Assembly (NCBI GenBank): GCA_963514005.1
Contig: OY740798.1
Span: forward strand, 51,398,001 to 51,462,000
Direction of reading: 5' to 3'
Source: Raja brachyura
Taxonomy: Eukaryota
DNA: 64,000 nucleotides
The notes under the pieces are model-generated. The model saw nothing but the letters and a program-made list of their open reading frames with translations. It did no database searches and had not been told where the DNA came from. Positions 23,201 through 35,200 of the stretch are shown here, piece after piece (within the stretch, counting starts at the first letter, position 1; the number at the start of each line of letters is the position of its first letter). The position numbers and the translations under genes were made by a program.

Positions 23201-26200
23201 GTAGTTTCCACTGCCTTGTAATCTTTGGATTTCTGTTGGATTGGTTGGGTTGGGCATCTCTAGGATAGCTTGGATCTTCTTCAGATCCGGTTTCAAGCCA
23301 CGATCTGTAACTACATGTCCTTGAAATGTGATACACGTAGTTTTCACTACCGACTTCTTCTGGTTCAGCTTGATGCCTCTGTCTCTGCATCGCTGAAGAA
23401 GATCTTGCAGTCTTGCATCGTGATTCCCTTCTGCATCTTCTCTGGTCTCCCCTACTCCGAATAAGATGATGTCAACTGCAACACATTCCACTCCCTTTAA
23501 TCCTTCTCGTGCTAGTTGCAGCTTCTTCTGGAAGATCTGTGCACTTACTTTCAGTCCAAATGGCAACCTCTTCCAGTGATATCTCCCAACAGGTGTGTTC
23601 ATGATTGTTAGGAAACTGCTCTCCTCATCTAGTTCACTGTGGAGGTATCCTGACTTCAGATTGAATTTGGAGAAAATCTTTGCCTTGGACAACTCAGGGA
23701 GTACATCCTCTATGACTGGTAGTCTGTGGATCTCCCTTTTCAGGACTTTGTTCAGGGGTCTAGGATCTATGCAGAACCTCAACTCTGTGCTGTCCTTTTT
23801 CTCCGTAATGACCAGCCTGCTACACCACTCAGTTGGTTCCTCGACTTTAGTCAAGATGTCCTGCTCGACCAGCATCATGAGACCATTCATGACCTTCTCT
23901 TTCATGGCTACAGGTACCGGCTTTGCAGAACACTGTGATGGGGTCACATCCTCCGTCCTAGTTCCCAACTTGACCTTGCCAGGCAGTCTCCCAGGTCTTT
24001 AGTCGTCAAAGACATCTTTGTATTTCTTGATAAATGAGCCGGCCTCGCTAACAGCATTCAGGCTCTTGAAGTTCTCGTAGTGAACCGCGATGAGTTTCAT
24101 CTGTTGTGCAGCTTTGCCGCTCAGGAGCGGTGTGAGCCAGCCTTCCTCTACCACTATGAAGTGAACCCGGTACTTCTTGTTGTTCGGCTCGTTCCGGAGT
24201 ACAACTTTCGTCCTATCTTGCGCCAGCAGGTTGGATCCGTTGTACATCTTTCAGACCGTTTTCTATCGTCTAATGTCCTCTTTGTTGGGTACACGATCCT
24301 TGGGAATCACATTAACACTGGCACCAGAGTCAACCTGAAATTTGATGGCTGCTGTGCCGACCTGCATCTCAGCAAATAGGCCTGAAGTGGAATTGTTTCC
24401 AGCTGCATTGATCTCAATGCAACTCACAGACCCTGTGTCGGAAGTGGACGTTGAGTCAGATGTCTCTACGGCCTTGTGCAGACCCCGTTTCTGCGTGCTC
24501 TCCTTTCTCTGCTTGCTGCAGCAGGTGAAGTGGTTTTGTCGTCCGCATCTGTTGCAGTCCTTCCCATACACTGGGCATTCCTCCTTCCTACGCTTGTGCA
24601 TCCTTGCACAAATTTTGCACTTGACTAGTCCCTGATTCTTCCTCTGCGAAGGAAAATCAACCATCTTTCCCCTCGGTTTGAATCGTTCCACCTTGTGTAT
24701 TGTCGGCTCTTCGCCGATGTCCTGCATTCTTCCCGCTGTTACCTCCGAGGATCTACATATGTCCCTGCAGTGTCAGATTCCTCTTCTGAAGGAGTGTCTT
24801 CCTTGTTGACTGGTCCTCAACACCAATGATGATGCAATCTCGAATAAGGCTTTCTCTCAGCCAATCACAGAAGTTGCATGTTTTAGCAAGCTCCTTCAGC
24901 TCTGCAACACACGATTCATTGCTTTCCCCTGATTTCTGGTCTCGTTTATTGAAAATGAATCTTTTATATGTTTCATTCGTCTCTCCTATGATGATGGTGG
25001 ACATCTTGTCGATGGTGACTTTCACATCCGTCTCATCTGCTACTGATTCGAACGTCAGGGTATTGTAGATTTGCAGTATTTCCGGCCAACAGAATGCAGG
25101 AATATGCTTTTTTGATACTATTTCTCTTTATTATCCAGTTCTGTTATCACTGCATAACTTTCATACATATGTCTGCTTACAAAATAAGTAAACTAGCACA
25201 TAATATACAGAGAAAGATGGCTGCACACACACTCGTGTTGTGATCAAAAACAGGAATGATTTATTTCCAAGTCAAGGGTCACTGACTGACTTACTGAGCA
25301 TTTGCGAGAATGAGTCCAGCTCATACGCATAAATTACATGGATATTGTCACAAAATCCCTCCAAACCTGTCGAACAGTTTCTTAAATGTTGTGATAGTCC
25401 CCATCTTCACTACCTCCTCTGGCAGCTTGTTCCATACACCCACCACCCTCTGTGTAAAAAAATTATCCCTCAGATCTTTTCCTTTTCACCTTAAACCTAT
25501 CTCCTCTGGTTCTCGATTCATCTAATCTGGGCAAGAGACTCTGTGCATCTACCCGATCTATTCCACTCATGATCCTATACACCCCTGTAAGATCACCCAT
25601 CATCCTCCTGCAGTCCAAGGAATAGAGTCCCAGAGCACTCAACCTCTCCATGTAGCTCACACCCTCTAGTGTTCCACACTCTATGACTCTATGACTGTGA
25701 CTATATGTGGGGCAGGTTTTATGCACAGAGAGTGGTGGGTGGTGGGTGACAGGAACGCGTTTCCCGGGGTGGTGGTGGAGGCAGATATGATAATGGCATT
25801 TATGAGGCTTTTGGCTAAATGCACAGATATGCTGGGAATAGAGGGATATGGGTTATGTGCAATTGGATAAGTGATGGTCTTGGCATCCAAATCTGAGGAA
25901 AGACATTCTTGCCATAGAGGGGGTACAGAGAAGATTCACCAGACTGATTCCTGGGATGTCAGGACAGGGGGGATCTTATAGAAACGTACAAAATTCTTAA
26001 GGGGTTGGACAAGCTAGACGCTGGAAGATTGTTCCCGATGTTGGGGGAGTCCAGAACAAGGGGTCACAGTCTAAGGATAAGGGGGAATTCCTTTAGGACC
26101 GAGATGAGGAAAACATTCTTTACACAGAGAGTGGTGAGTCTTTGGAATTCTCTGCCACAGAAGGTAGTTGAGGCCAGTTCATTGGCTATATTTAAGAGGG

Positions 26201-29200
26201 CGTTAGATGTGGCACTTATGGCGAAAGGGATCAGGGGGTATGGAGAGAAGGCAGGTACGGGATACTGAGTTGGATGATCAGCCATGATCATATTGAATGG
26301 CGGTGCAGGCTTGAAGGGCCGAATGGCCTACTCCTGCACCTATTTTTCTATGTTTCTATGTTCAGCCCAGCATTGGGCTGAAGGGCCTGTTCCTGTGCTG
26401 TACGTTTCTGTGTTCCATATATCAGCAAAAGCATTACCTTCCTGTTTTCCAACACTTTGATTTTCCAGATACTCTTTTTCCATTTCACCCTCATCGGTAC
26501 TTCTTGTTGTGACATCTGAATCCGGCGCTGTATTAAAACACAGCAAGGTGACAACAACTGAACTTGAATGCGTGGAGTTCCAAACAGAAAATTCCACTTA
26601 TTTGAGCAATGGCCTGAATATTGTGTATAATATTTGCAGGGAATAACTAAATATAAATCATGTACAGTCTGCAGGCAATGATTGGACATCAAATGCCACT
26701 GAAAGGCCAACAATACTCTGGATGCTTTGAGAAATGACTTACCTTCACTTGCTCCTGCATTTTGGGAATCCTGCCTCTCTATCTCCTGTTCACCTTCATC
26801 ACAACTCCGTGTGGCAGCATCTGACTTGGGCACTGTATTTAAACAAAAGAAAGTCTCTCAGATGTGATAATGGCAACACAGACTGAGACAAGGTATGTGA
26901 GAAGCTGGATCACACCTCAAGGAACTTTATTATTCTTCCCCACAGTGAAGTCTTCATCTGCCGAAGGATCTGTATCTCACTCCTGCAGAAAATACCTTCA
27001 ACTCTTCTTCACTTTAAACCTCATTTGTCTTTAGACTTTAGGGACACGGCCCTTCGGCCCACCGAGTCCGCGACAACCAGTGATCACCCCGTACACTAGC
27101 GCTATCCTACACATTAATGACTATTTACAATTTTACCAAATGCAAATTAGGAGTGGCACGATGGAGCAGTGGACAAGTTGTTGCCTTACAGCACCAGTGA
27201 CCCGGGATCTATTCTGACTATGGACGCTGTCTGTATGGAGTTTGTACGTTCTCCCCGTGACCGCATTGGTTTTCTCCGGATGCTCCGGTTTGCTAACGCG
27301 CTCCAAAGACGTACAGGTTTGTAGGTTAATTGGCTTTGGTACAAATTGATCCTGATGTGTGGGATAGTGCTACGTATGGGGATCACTGGTCGGCACGGAC
27401 TGGGGAAGCTTGGAATACAAGAGATATTGTGGTTCCGGCCAGAGAAAAGGAGGAGTGGACCAGGAAGAAGAGCTGGGATCACGTGAATCCCTGGAGGAGC
27501 ATTGGGATGTAGGAGTTACTTCAGAAGGAAATTGGAACGACTAAGAGAAAGCATGAGTTCGCTTTGGATGAGAAGATTAAGGAGAATGCAACAAGTTTGT
27601 ATAAGTATATGAAGGGGAATAGTAAGATTGAACGAGAACTTACCAGTTCGAAGGTTGATCTTTATTTTATGAGGAGTCGAAGTGAGGGATTTCGTGAAGA
27701 GCCCGCCGGCGCGCATACTCGACATACTTCAAAGTAGCGGTGTGGAATCACAGAAACCAACAAAGAAATGACTTCGCATAGTAAGATTGAAGTGACTAAG
27801 ATTACCAGATGAAGGTGATTGAGGGTTGGGCGAGGAGGGCACGAAATCCCTCACTTCGACTCCTCATAAAATAAAGATCAACCTTCGAACTGGTAAGTTC
27901 TCGTTCAATCTTACTATTTCATTTCGGAGTCACGTGAGTGACTTCGTGAAGACTTCAAAGCTTCTGTGATTACACGCCCTGGACCACGTCCATGCTGACA
28001 CACCACTACCAGGGATGGATGGGAGGAACAAACTTGCTCAATAGTTCATACTGCAAAACAAGAGCAGAGTTATTAATAACAAATCAAAACCCCTCATGCG
28101 GGGACATCTCCACGTTCGTGACCTGCATTCAGCACGGCTTCTGCAAACTGTAGAGGAGCAGCAACAGGCTTGTTATAAAAACGCTGGAACACAGCTTCAT
28201 TAGCCCATCCTGCTGTGGCGAGAATTTGGTCCATGGGCACCTCCATGACCCTCGCCGTTGACGTCGATGCAGCCCTGTTGGAAAGAGACTTGAACACATT
28301 AGTGTCGATACCTGACTTACCCAAAACGACTGGAAGCCACATGGATATCGTCTGGACTGTCACTCGATGATGAGGTCTCTTATGAGTGACAAGCAGGTAT
28401 CTCTCCATTCCTCTGATGCGTGCCGTCACCTTGACATAGTGGCGGATATGTGAGGCTACACATAGCCTAGCATCTGCGGGGTATGCTGGGAACTTCAGCT
28501 GCAGCCCTGTGCACCCAGGTCCATGCTGCTTTAGTAGCTCGTCAATGAAAAAGACTACTTCTGTGGGGGTAGACGTCATTCTGTCGACACGAAGTTTGTG
28601 TAGTGTCTGTACCCTCTGAGCTGAAGTCAGCGCTAGTAACATCACCAGCTTCATGGTGCGTTGGTCCAGTTGGAGCCCTTCCATGGGTGACCACGTCCTG
28701 AGCAGGGTTAATACGTCCCTGACATCCCAGGTGATATTATAGCGTGGTGTAGGCGGATTCATATTGAATATACCCCGCATGAGTCTGGACACTAGCCTGT
28801 TGGATCCTACCTCCAAACTGAGGTAGAATGATAGCGCACTTCTGGCGCTGTTGATGGCACTGTAACTCAAGTGTTCATCATGGTGCAACCCCGCGAGGAA
28901 TTCCAGGACGTCGGTTGTTGTCACGTCATCGTACGTGATGCGAGAGCGGCTGCAGTAGGCTTCCCACTTCTTAATATGCGAGCAGTATCTTTGCCTTGTA
29001 GACTCTCGACACGACGCCCCGGTGGTATCCATGGTCCGAGCCGAGAGGCCGTATTGGACTAACGGCCTGTTCAGAACCTGCAAGCCAACAAATTTAAATA
29101 GCCATGGCAGGGATGCGGCTCCCCTGAGACAGGGTGAGTAACCAATTGTGGGCAACCCTTCAAAAGGACCCAAGGTTCGTTGAGCATGTCAAAGACCACC

Positions 29201-32200
29201 GGATACCAAGGCTGTGTGGGCCAGTCGGGTATAATAAGGATGCCCTTGGCAGCATCTGCCTGAATCTTTCCCAATACCCGACTGATGAGGCAAAATGGGG
29301 GGAAGGCATAGAAAAACCACTTCCCCCAGTCCAGCGAGAATGCATCTAGCGCTATTGCCCCAGGATCTGGTTCCCATGAAACGTAGGTTGGTACCTGATG
29401 GTTCCACCGTGACGCAAAGAGGTCAATGTCCGGTTTACCAAATTTGGCTGTGACTTTAGAAAAGATCTCAGGATGCAACATCCATTCAATATTGTCATTA
29501 AATTTGCGTGACCTGGTGTCCGCCACCGTATTAAGCTCACCTGGCAAATAGGTAGCTGAAATCCAAATGTCTCTTTGAACACACCAGAGCCAAATTGAGT
29601 TTGCCAATTTGTCACACGAAACTGGCCTGGTACCACCCATATGGTTTAAATATGCTACTGCTGTGGTGTTGTCTATTTGGAGACGGACATGTGCTCCAAC
29701 AAGCTTAGAACAATACGCACGAAGTCCGTAGAATGCTGCCAGCAACTCCAAATAGTTAATCCCTTGAGTTAACAACATCGTTGATTCAAGGGTGTCCCAT
29801 CTGCCACCACAACTAGAGCAATTATTCGTGGATCCCCAACCATTGGAGCTTGCATCAGTTTGCAAATATACCACCGGATTAGCCTCCCTAATAGGCTTGA
29901 ATGAGTTGCTAATGTGACACACCCACCATTGCAACTCATTTATCGCTTCGGGCGGCAGCTGCATGGACCGATCATAATGACCAGCGTTCTGTTTTAACGC
30001 AGCAATTTTAGCTCTTTGCAAATTCTGATAATGCAAAGGTCCATATCGCACTGCCGAAAACAAAGCTACCAGCTTCCCAATTATTGTAGCTAAGTGCCGA
30101 ATCGATGGTATATTGGTGCGGATTAAATCTTGACACACCTGGGTAACCTCCTCAATCTTGTTAATTGGAATGGTAACCCTCATGCTTATAGAGTTCACCG
30201 TGAACCCTAGGTAATTAATCACCTGGGCAGGGTAGAACTTTGATTTCTCTGGATGGACAATAAACCCCAATTGTTGAAATATATTGACAGCAGCTGCAAC
30301 ACCCTGTTCAGCCAATTCCAGGGTGTGGCCCACAATTAAGACATCATCTAAATAGGCCATACTATATGGTGTCGTTGTCTCAAATAAGCCATAATTGGCT
30401 TCACTAATTTAGTGAACAATCTAGGGCTGTGGTGAGCCCATTAGGCAAAGCCTTGTACTGCCAGAGTTGCCCCATCCAGATGAATTTTAAAACCTTCTGT
30501 CACATTTCTGGACGGATACGGAATAATATGCGTCTTTTAAATCGATGCATGCCATAAAGCAACCACGAGAAATCAATGATTTGGTTGTTTCAACGTATCC
30601 ATTTTAAAATGAGAATATGTTACAAAAGCATTCAAACGGGTTAGATCAATAATGACACGACAACTTCCATCCTTCTTAGGTCTGGTGAATATGTTCGAAA
30701 CAAATTCAACTGGCTCATGCACCACTCTCTTAATCACTCCTTTGCTCAAGACTTAACAATTCCTTATAGCCGGCTGCCTGTTCTGCAGCAGATAATTTTA
30801 AATGTTCGAGCGGGCATGTGCTGGGATGGAGGAATGTCGCCATTAATAAACTCAATTTTATGCCCCTGAATATTCTGCAACACATACTCGTCACCAGTGA
30901 AATTACCTCATGCACCCAAAAAACCACCGAAGGTGACCACCAACATGTGAAGTTAAACAGAGAGAAAAGAGAGAACCAGACCCCCTCACCTCCGTGGTTA
31001 CCGGCGGTCCTTGACACGCGTGTGTGGACGTGGAGGTGCTGGGTTGGCTTGAGGGCGCGGCGTCTTCGTTTTCCACCAGGGTCTCTGCCGACCCTGTCCT
31101 AAAAAAGACCCCTGGTGCTGTGTCTGATGTTGCTGTCATTGTGGAGCTTGAGGGTGGGTCCTCGTCGAGGTACTGGCAGACCCTCGTGATCGAATGTATG
31201 GAGACTTTGAGCCTGACGGTGTGGGGGCACTCTGAGGGCGCATGATCCCCACCGTTTTGGCTTGCTCGTCAAGCTCTTTGACTCTCTTCGAGAGGTCCTT
31301 CCCAAAGAGCTGACGGGGCGGGGGCGGCGGCGGTGGTTTGCACACTCCTGCAAACTTTGGATTGAGCGCTGGGCGGATGCTGGTTTTGCGAAACCCGTTA
31401 ATTTCGTGCTGGGTCGCGCACAGGAGGGCCAGGGCATCTCCCTGGTCCAAATTCAATTCGTCCCCCTCCACCGACCGCACAAAGGCGGTAATACCGGCCG
31501 TGAGGAGCTTCAGGATCCGCTGCAGTTTTACCTCCTGTTGACGGATAGCCGCACTGATGTCGCCCCATATCGGCGTATTGACCACAGGCACGTTGAGGGA
31601 GTTGCAATTGGATGGAGCCTTGTGACGGCTCTTTGCCTGGATGAGGACTTCTTCCTGCTGCTCCAGGCTGATAGTAGATGTTTGTGAAGACGCCCTGTGC
31701 CTGTTGCTGCCCTGCTGGTGTTGACGTTGAAGCAGGAGCTCCAGCAGCCGCTCCATACGGTCAATACGCCCTTCACCCTGAACACTCAGGTGGTCGGAGT
31801 CCTCCGGCTCTGAAAAGAAAACCGGGCTCCTGTCATCGGCCCGCACCTCGTCGAGGCCCTGCCGGTGCCGGTAGTTGTCGCTAACAGCCGCCGAGGCGAA
31901 CTGCGAGATTCCTGCGCGGGCGTGTTCAACCGCCTCCGTTTAGCGGGAGCTGAAGCCGCTGCCACTAAGGGCACTTGCAGCGAGGTGTCGGCACCAGCCG
32001 AAGCATGGCTGCCTGGGGCCCGCGCAGTCTTGCCGGCTGCCCACATCGTGGACGTTGCCGACGCATGGTCTCGCCCACCCATCCATGGGGGGCTCGGCGA
32101 CCGTGACGAGACCCGACTCGACCGACCCGTCCCGGCGTCGAGAGTCGGGGTGTGCCGGCTGGACCTCACAGCCGCCCCGGGTCTCTCCCTGGAACCTGAC

Positions 32201-35200
32201 CGCTCCTCCGTGTCAGGCAATGCCTTAGCCCTGGTAGGGTTAGGCTTCTGGGCTCCTGCCCTTCCCCTACTCGGAGGGCTGAGTGGAACGGGCCGTGCAG
32301 CCGCACGCACCCTGCTCGAGGTCGCCAGCGAGCTCGCTGACGACCTGACTGCCATGGCAGGGTCCCCCTGCTCTGGCGGCACACCACACTCCTCCTCGTC
32401 GAACTCCTCCGAGCTGTGGTGTGCTGGCGGATCTGGACCTGTGAACACAGGGCTTACCCACATCTCCGCCTGAGTCCCGGCCTGCGATGCAGGTACTGCC
32501 GATGGTGAAGGCCCCGGAACTGTTGACCAGCGAACTCGTCCTGACGTCCTCCGGCCCTTGGAACTCCCATCCATGTCCTTGCTGCAAGACAAAACCAACA
32601 ACAAGGACCACCAACTAAAGGTAGAATACTTACCTCCGTGGCCCCTTCTGAAGGGCTGGTGAGGAGCGCGCTCCACCGCCAGCCGTCGCAGCAACGCGGT
32701 ACGACGATATGTCGAGCATGCGCGCCGGCGGGCTCTTCACGAAGTCACTCACGTGACTCCGAAATGAAATAGAGAATTGGATTAGTATAGGATGTGGAAT
32801 TGGCCTGAAGTTCATAAGTTCTTGGAGCAGAATTAGGCCATTCAGCCCATCAGAAGCAGAGGGTGACAGTGAAAGATACAAGGAACTGTAGATGCTGGTT
32901 TACAAAAACATGGACACAAAGTGTTGGAGTAAGTGGTTCAAGTAGCATCTGTGGAAAACATGGATAGGTCATCTTTTGAGTTGGGACCTTTTTTGGACTA
33001 GAGACCCTGTTTAGTGGTGTGCCTCCCATTGCTGTTTGTTATCTATATCAATGATTTAGATGAGAATGTACAAGGCATTATTAGATATTACCTGGGGTAA
33101 CTTTGAGGACTGTAGTGTGCACTTCAGACCAAGTGGCGTCTGGAGTGTTTGATTTGTGTTCAATATTGATCTGAGCGGCATCGTCCGTGGATAAATTAGG
33201 CTGCACCTTAATACAGCAGTGAATGTGTGAAAGACCCGTATCGGTAGTTTGTAATTCAGGCTGATCAGCAGAGAAGGATATACAGGTATCTTGATTGCAT
33301 GAATGAGGTATAGTTTTCAGAGGTTGTGTCACCCTTTTTGGACCCTGCAATTGTTCTGCTGACAACTGCCAGTGAAATAATTTAATTGTTTTCCGCTCTC
33401 CCCTCTTCAGTGATATAACAATATCCATTGGCAGCAGAGTAGTCATGGTCACATCCCAGCTCACATCAGCAGTTTCACCATGTACGACTTCATACTGATT
33501 CTTCATACCACTAATTGCAGGAGCTGAAAGATAGACACAAAAAAAATCAAATGCAATGTAAACGTAATGATACATTTTACTCCATTATTGTCCAGCACAT
33601 TATTCCTTGCATATAATTTACAAACTTCATTAATTTAAACTTAGTTTAGTTTAGAGATACAGCACGGGAACAGTTCTTCGACCCACTGAGTCCACGCCCA
33701 CCAGTAACCACTCCATACACTAGTCCTATCCTAAACACTGGGGGCATTTACAGAAGCCAGCACGTAGCCCAATGAGTCCACACTGACCACCGATCACCCA
33801 GTAGTTCTGTGTTGCCCAACTTTCTCATCGACTCCCTCCACACTAGGGGCAATTCCAGTTTTTCCAGAGGGCCAATTTACCGACAAACCTGCATGTCTTA
33901 GGGATGTGTGAGGAAAACCATAGAAAACGGCGTCAAGGGCTACGGGGAGAAAGCAAGAGATTGGGGTTGAGAGGGAAACATAGAAACATAGAACATAGAA
34001 ACATAGAAAATAGGTGCAGGAGTAGGCCATTCGGCCCTTCGAGCCTGCACCGCCATTCAATGTGATCATGGCTGATCATCCAACTCAGTATCCCTTACCT
34101 GCCTTCTCTCCATACCCCCTGATCCCTTTAGCCACAAGTGCCACATCTAACGCCCTCTTAAATATAGCCAATGAACTGGCCTCAACTACCTTCTGTGGCA
34201 GAGAATTCCAGAGACTCACCACTCTCTGTGTAAAGATAGAATTGAATGGCGGAGTAAACTTGAAGTGTATAGTGTATAGTGCAAATGTATACAAATGTAT
34301 AGTGTCTGCAGGTAGACAAAACTCCAGGGCCTGATCAGATATATCCATGGACATTGTGGGAAACCAGACAGGAAATTGTGGGAGCCCTGGTTGAAATTTA
34401 CGAGTCTTCTTTAAATACAGGAGAGGTGCCGGAAGAGGGGAGGGTGCCTCTATTCAAGAAGGGCTGCAGGGATAATGCTGGGATCTGTAGGACAGTGGGC
34501 TTAACAGTGGGCTTAGTTGGAAAGTTACTAGATAGTATTCTGAGGGATAGGATATACAGACATTTAGACAGACAAGGGCTTATTTGGGATAGTCAGTATG
34601 GTTTTGTACGTGGGAGATTGTGTCCCTCCGTTGAAGGAACGATCTTGACTCCCGTAGCCGGCGGTATTCGGGCCCTCCGCATCGAGGCGATCAGCTCTCG
34701 CATCGAGGGGATTGTCAGCTTCCCTGTGCTGGGCGATCGAACCTTGCGTCGGGGCTGGACGAATCTTCCGCGACGTTGGAGCCCCCGACTCAGCCTCTCC
34801 CGAGACTGCGAGCCCTGGATGGTAAGTCCACAGGCAAGGGATCCGCTCCGTTGTTAAGTCCGCGCCCCGCGGTGGGGCTCACGACAGTCCGAGGAGGCCT
34901 CCAGTTCCATCGATGGTAGGCCGCAGAGCCCGGAGAATGTGATCCGAAAATTGATCACATCTACGGGAAGGTAAGAACTTGAAAAAAAGTTTCCCCAGAT
35001 CCCACCCCCCCCCCCCCCCCCCCACATAAAACAAACCTAAGAACATTAAAACAAAACTTTTAACAAAAAAAAATAACAAAAGGAAAGAAAAAACGAACAG
35101 ACTGCCGGCAGGGCTGCCATCTCCCCGGCGCCCCTGGACCTCAGTGCACCATTCAACAAGGTTCCGCGTTAATTGCAAATGCTCTGGAAGGTTAGATCGC

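Larger units (their letters stand above)
18050..25180 (-). mobile_element. Gypsy (Mag-like) LTR retrotransposon remnant: gag, Zn knuckle, protease, RT, RNaseH; integrase core deleted; interrupted by a Penelope-like element
   Basis: [44 protein letters not shown], catalytic DD degraded (CVAVDI), [17 protein letters not shown] is joined directly to [10 protein letters not shown]. No matching LTR pair seen. Confidence 0.85.
27618..32772 (-). mobile_element. Structurally complete DIRS1-type tyrosine-recombinase retrotransposon (~5.15 kb)
   Basis: 36-bp ITR (27691-27726 vs 32708-32743, one mismatch). ICR 27840-27952 is complementary to both termini. AATAG is duplicated at both ends. gag, RT/RNaseH/MTase and YR ORFs present with frameshifts. 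Confidence 0.95.

Noticed and set aside
26915-26985. Possible additional exon upstream of repeat exon A
   Set aside because: Candidate acceptors give in-frame stops in phase 1 and there is no convincing donor.
27150-27225. tRNA gene
   Set aside because: Degenerate tRNA-like head continuous with a SINE body; no credible cloverleaf.
28094-30360. Phage integrase plus Dam methylase suggesting a prophage or bacterial transfer
   Set aside because: Both lie between DIRS ITRs with RT/RNaseH and ICR; these are standard DIRS domains.
33524-33575. [17 protein letters not shown] as the N-terminus of a standalone gene
   Set aside because: It is the translated polypyrimidine tract upstream of a canonical acceptor.
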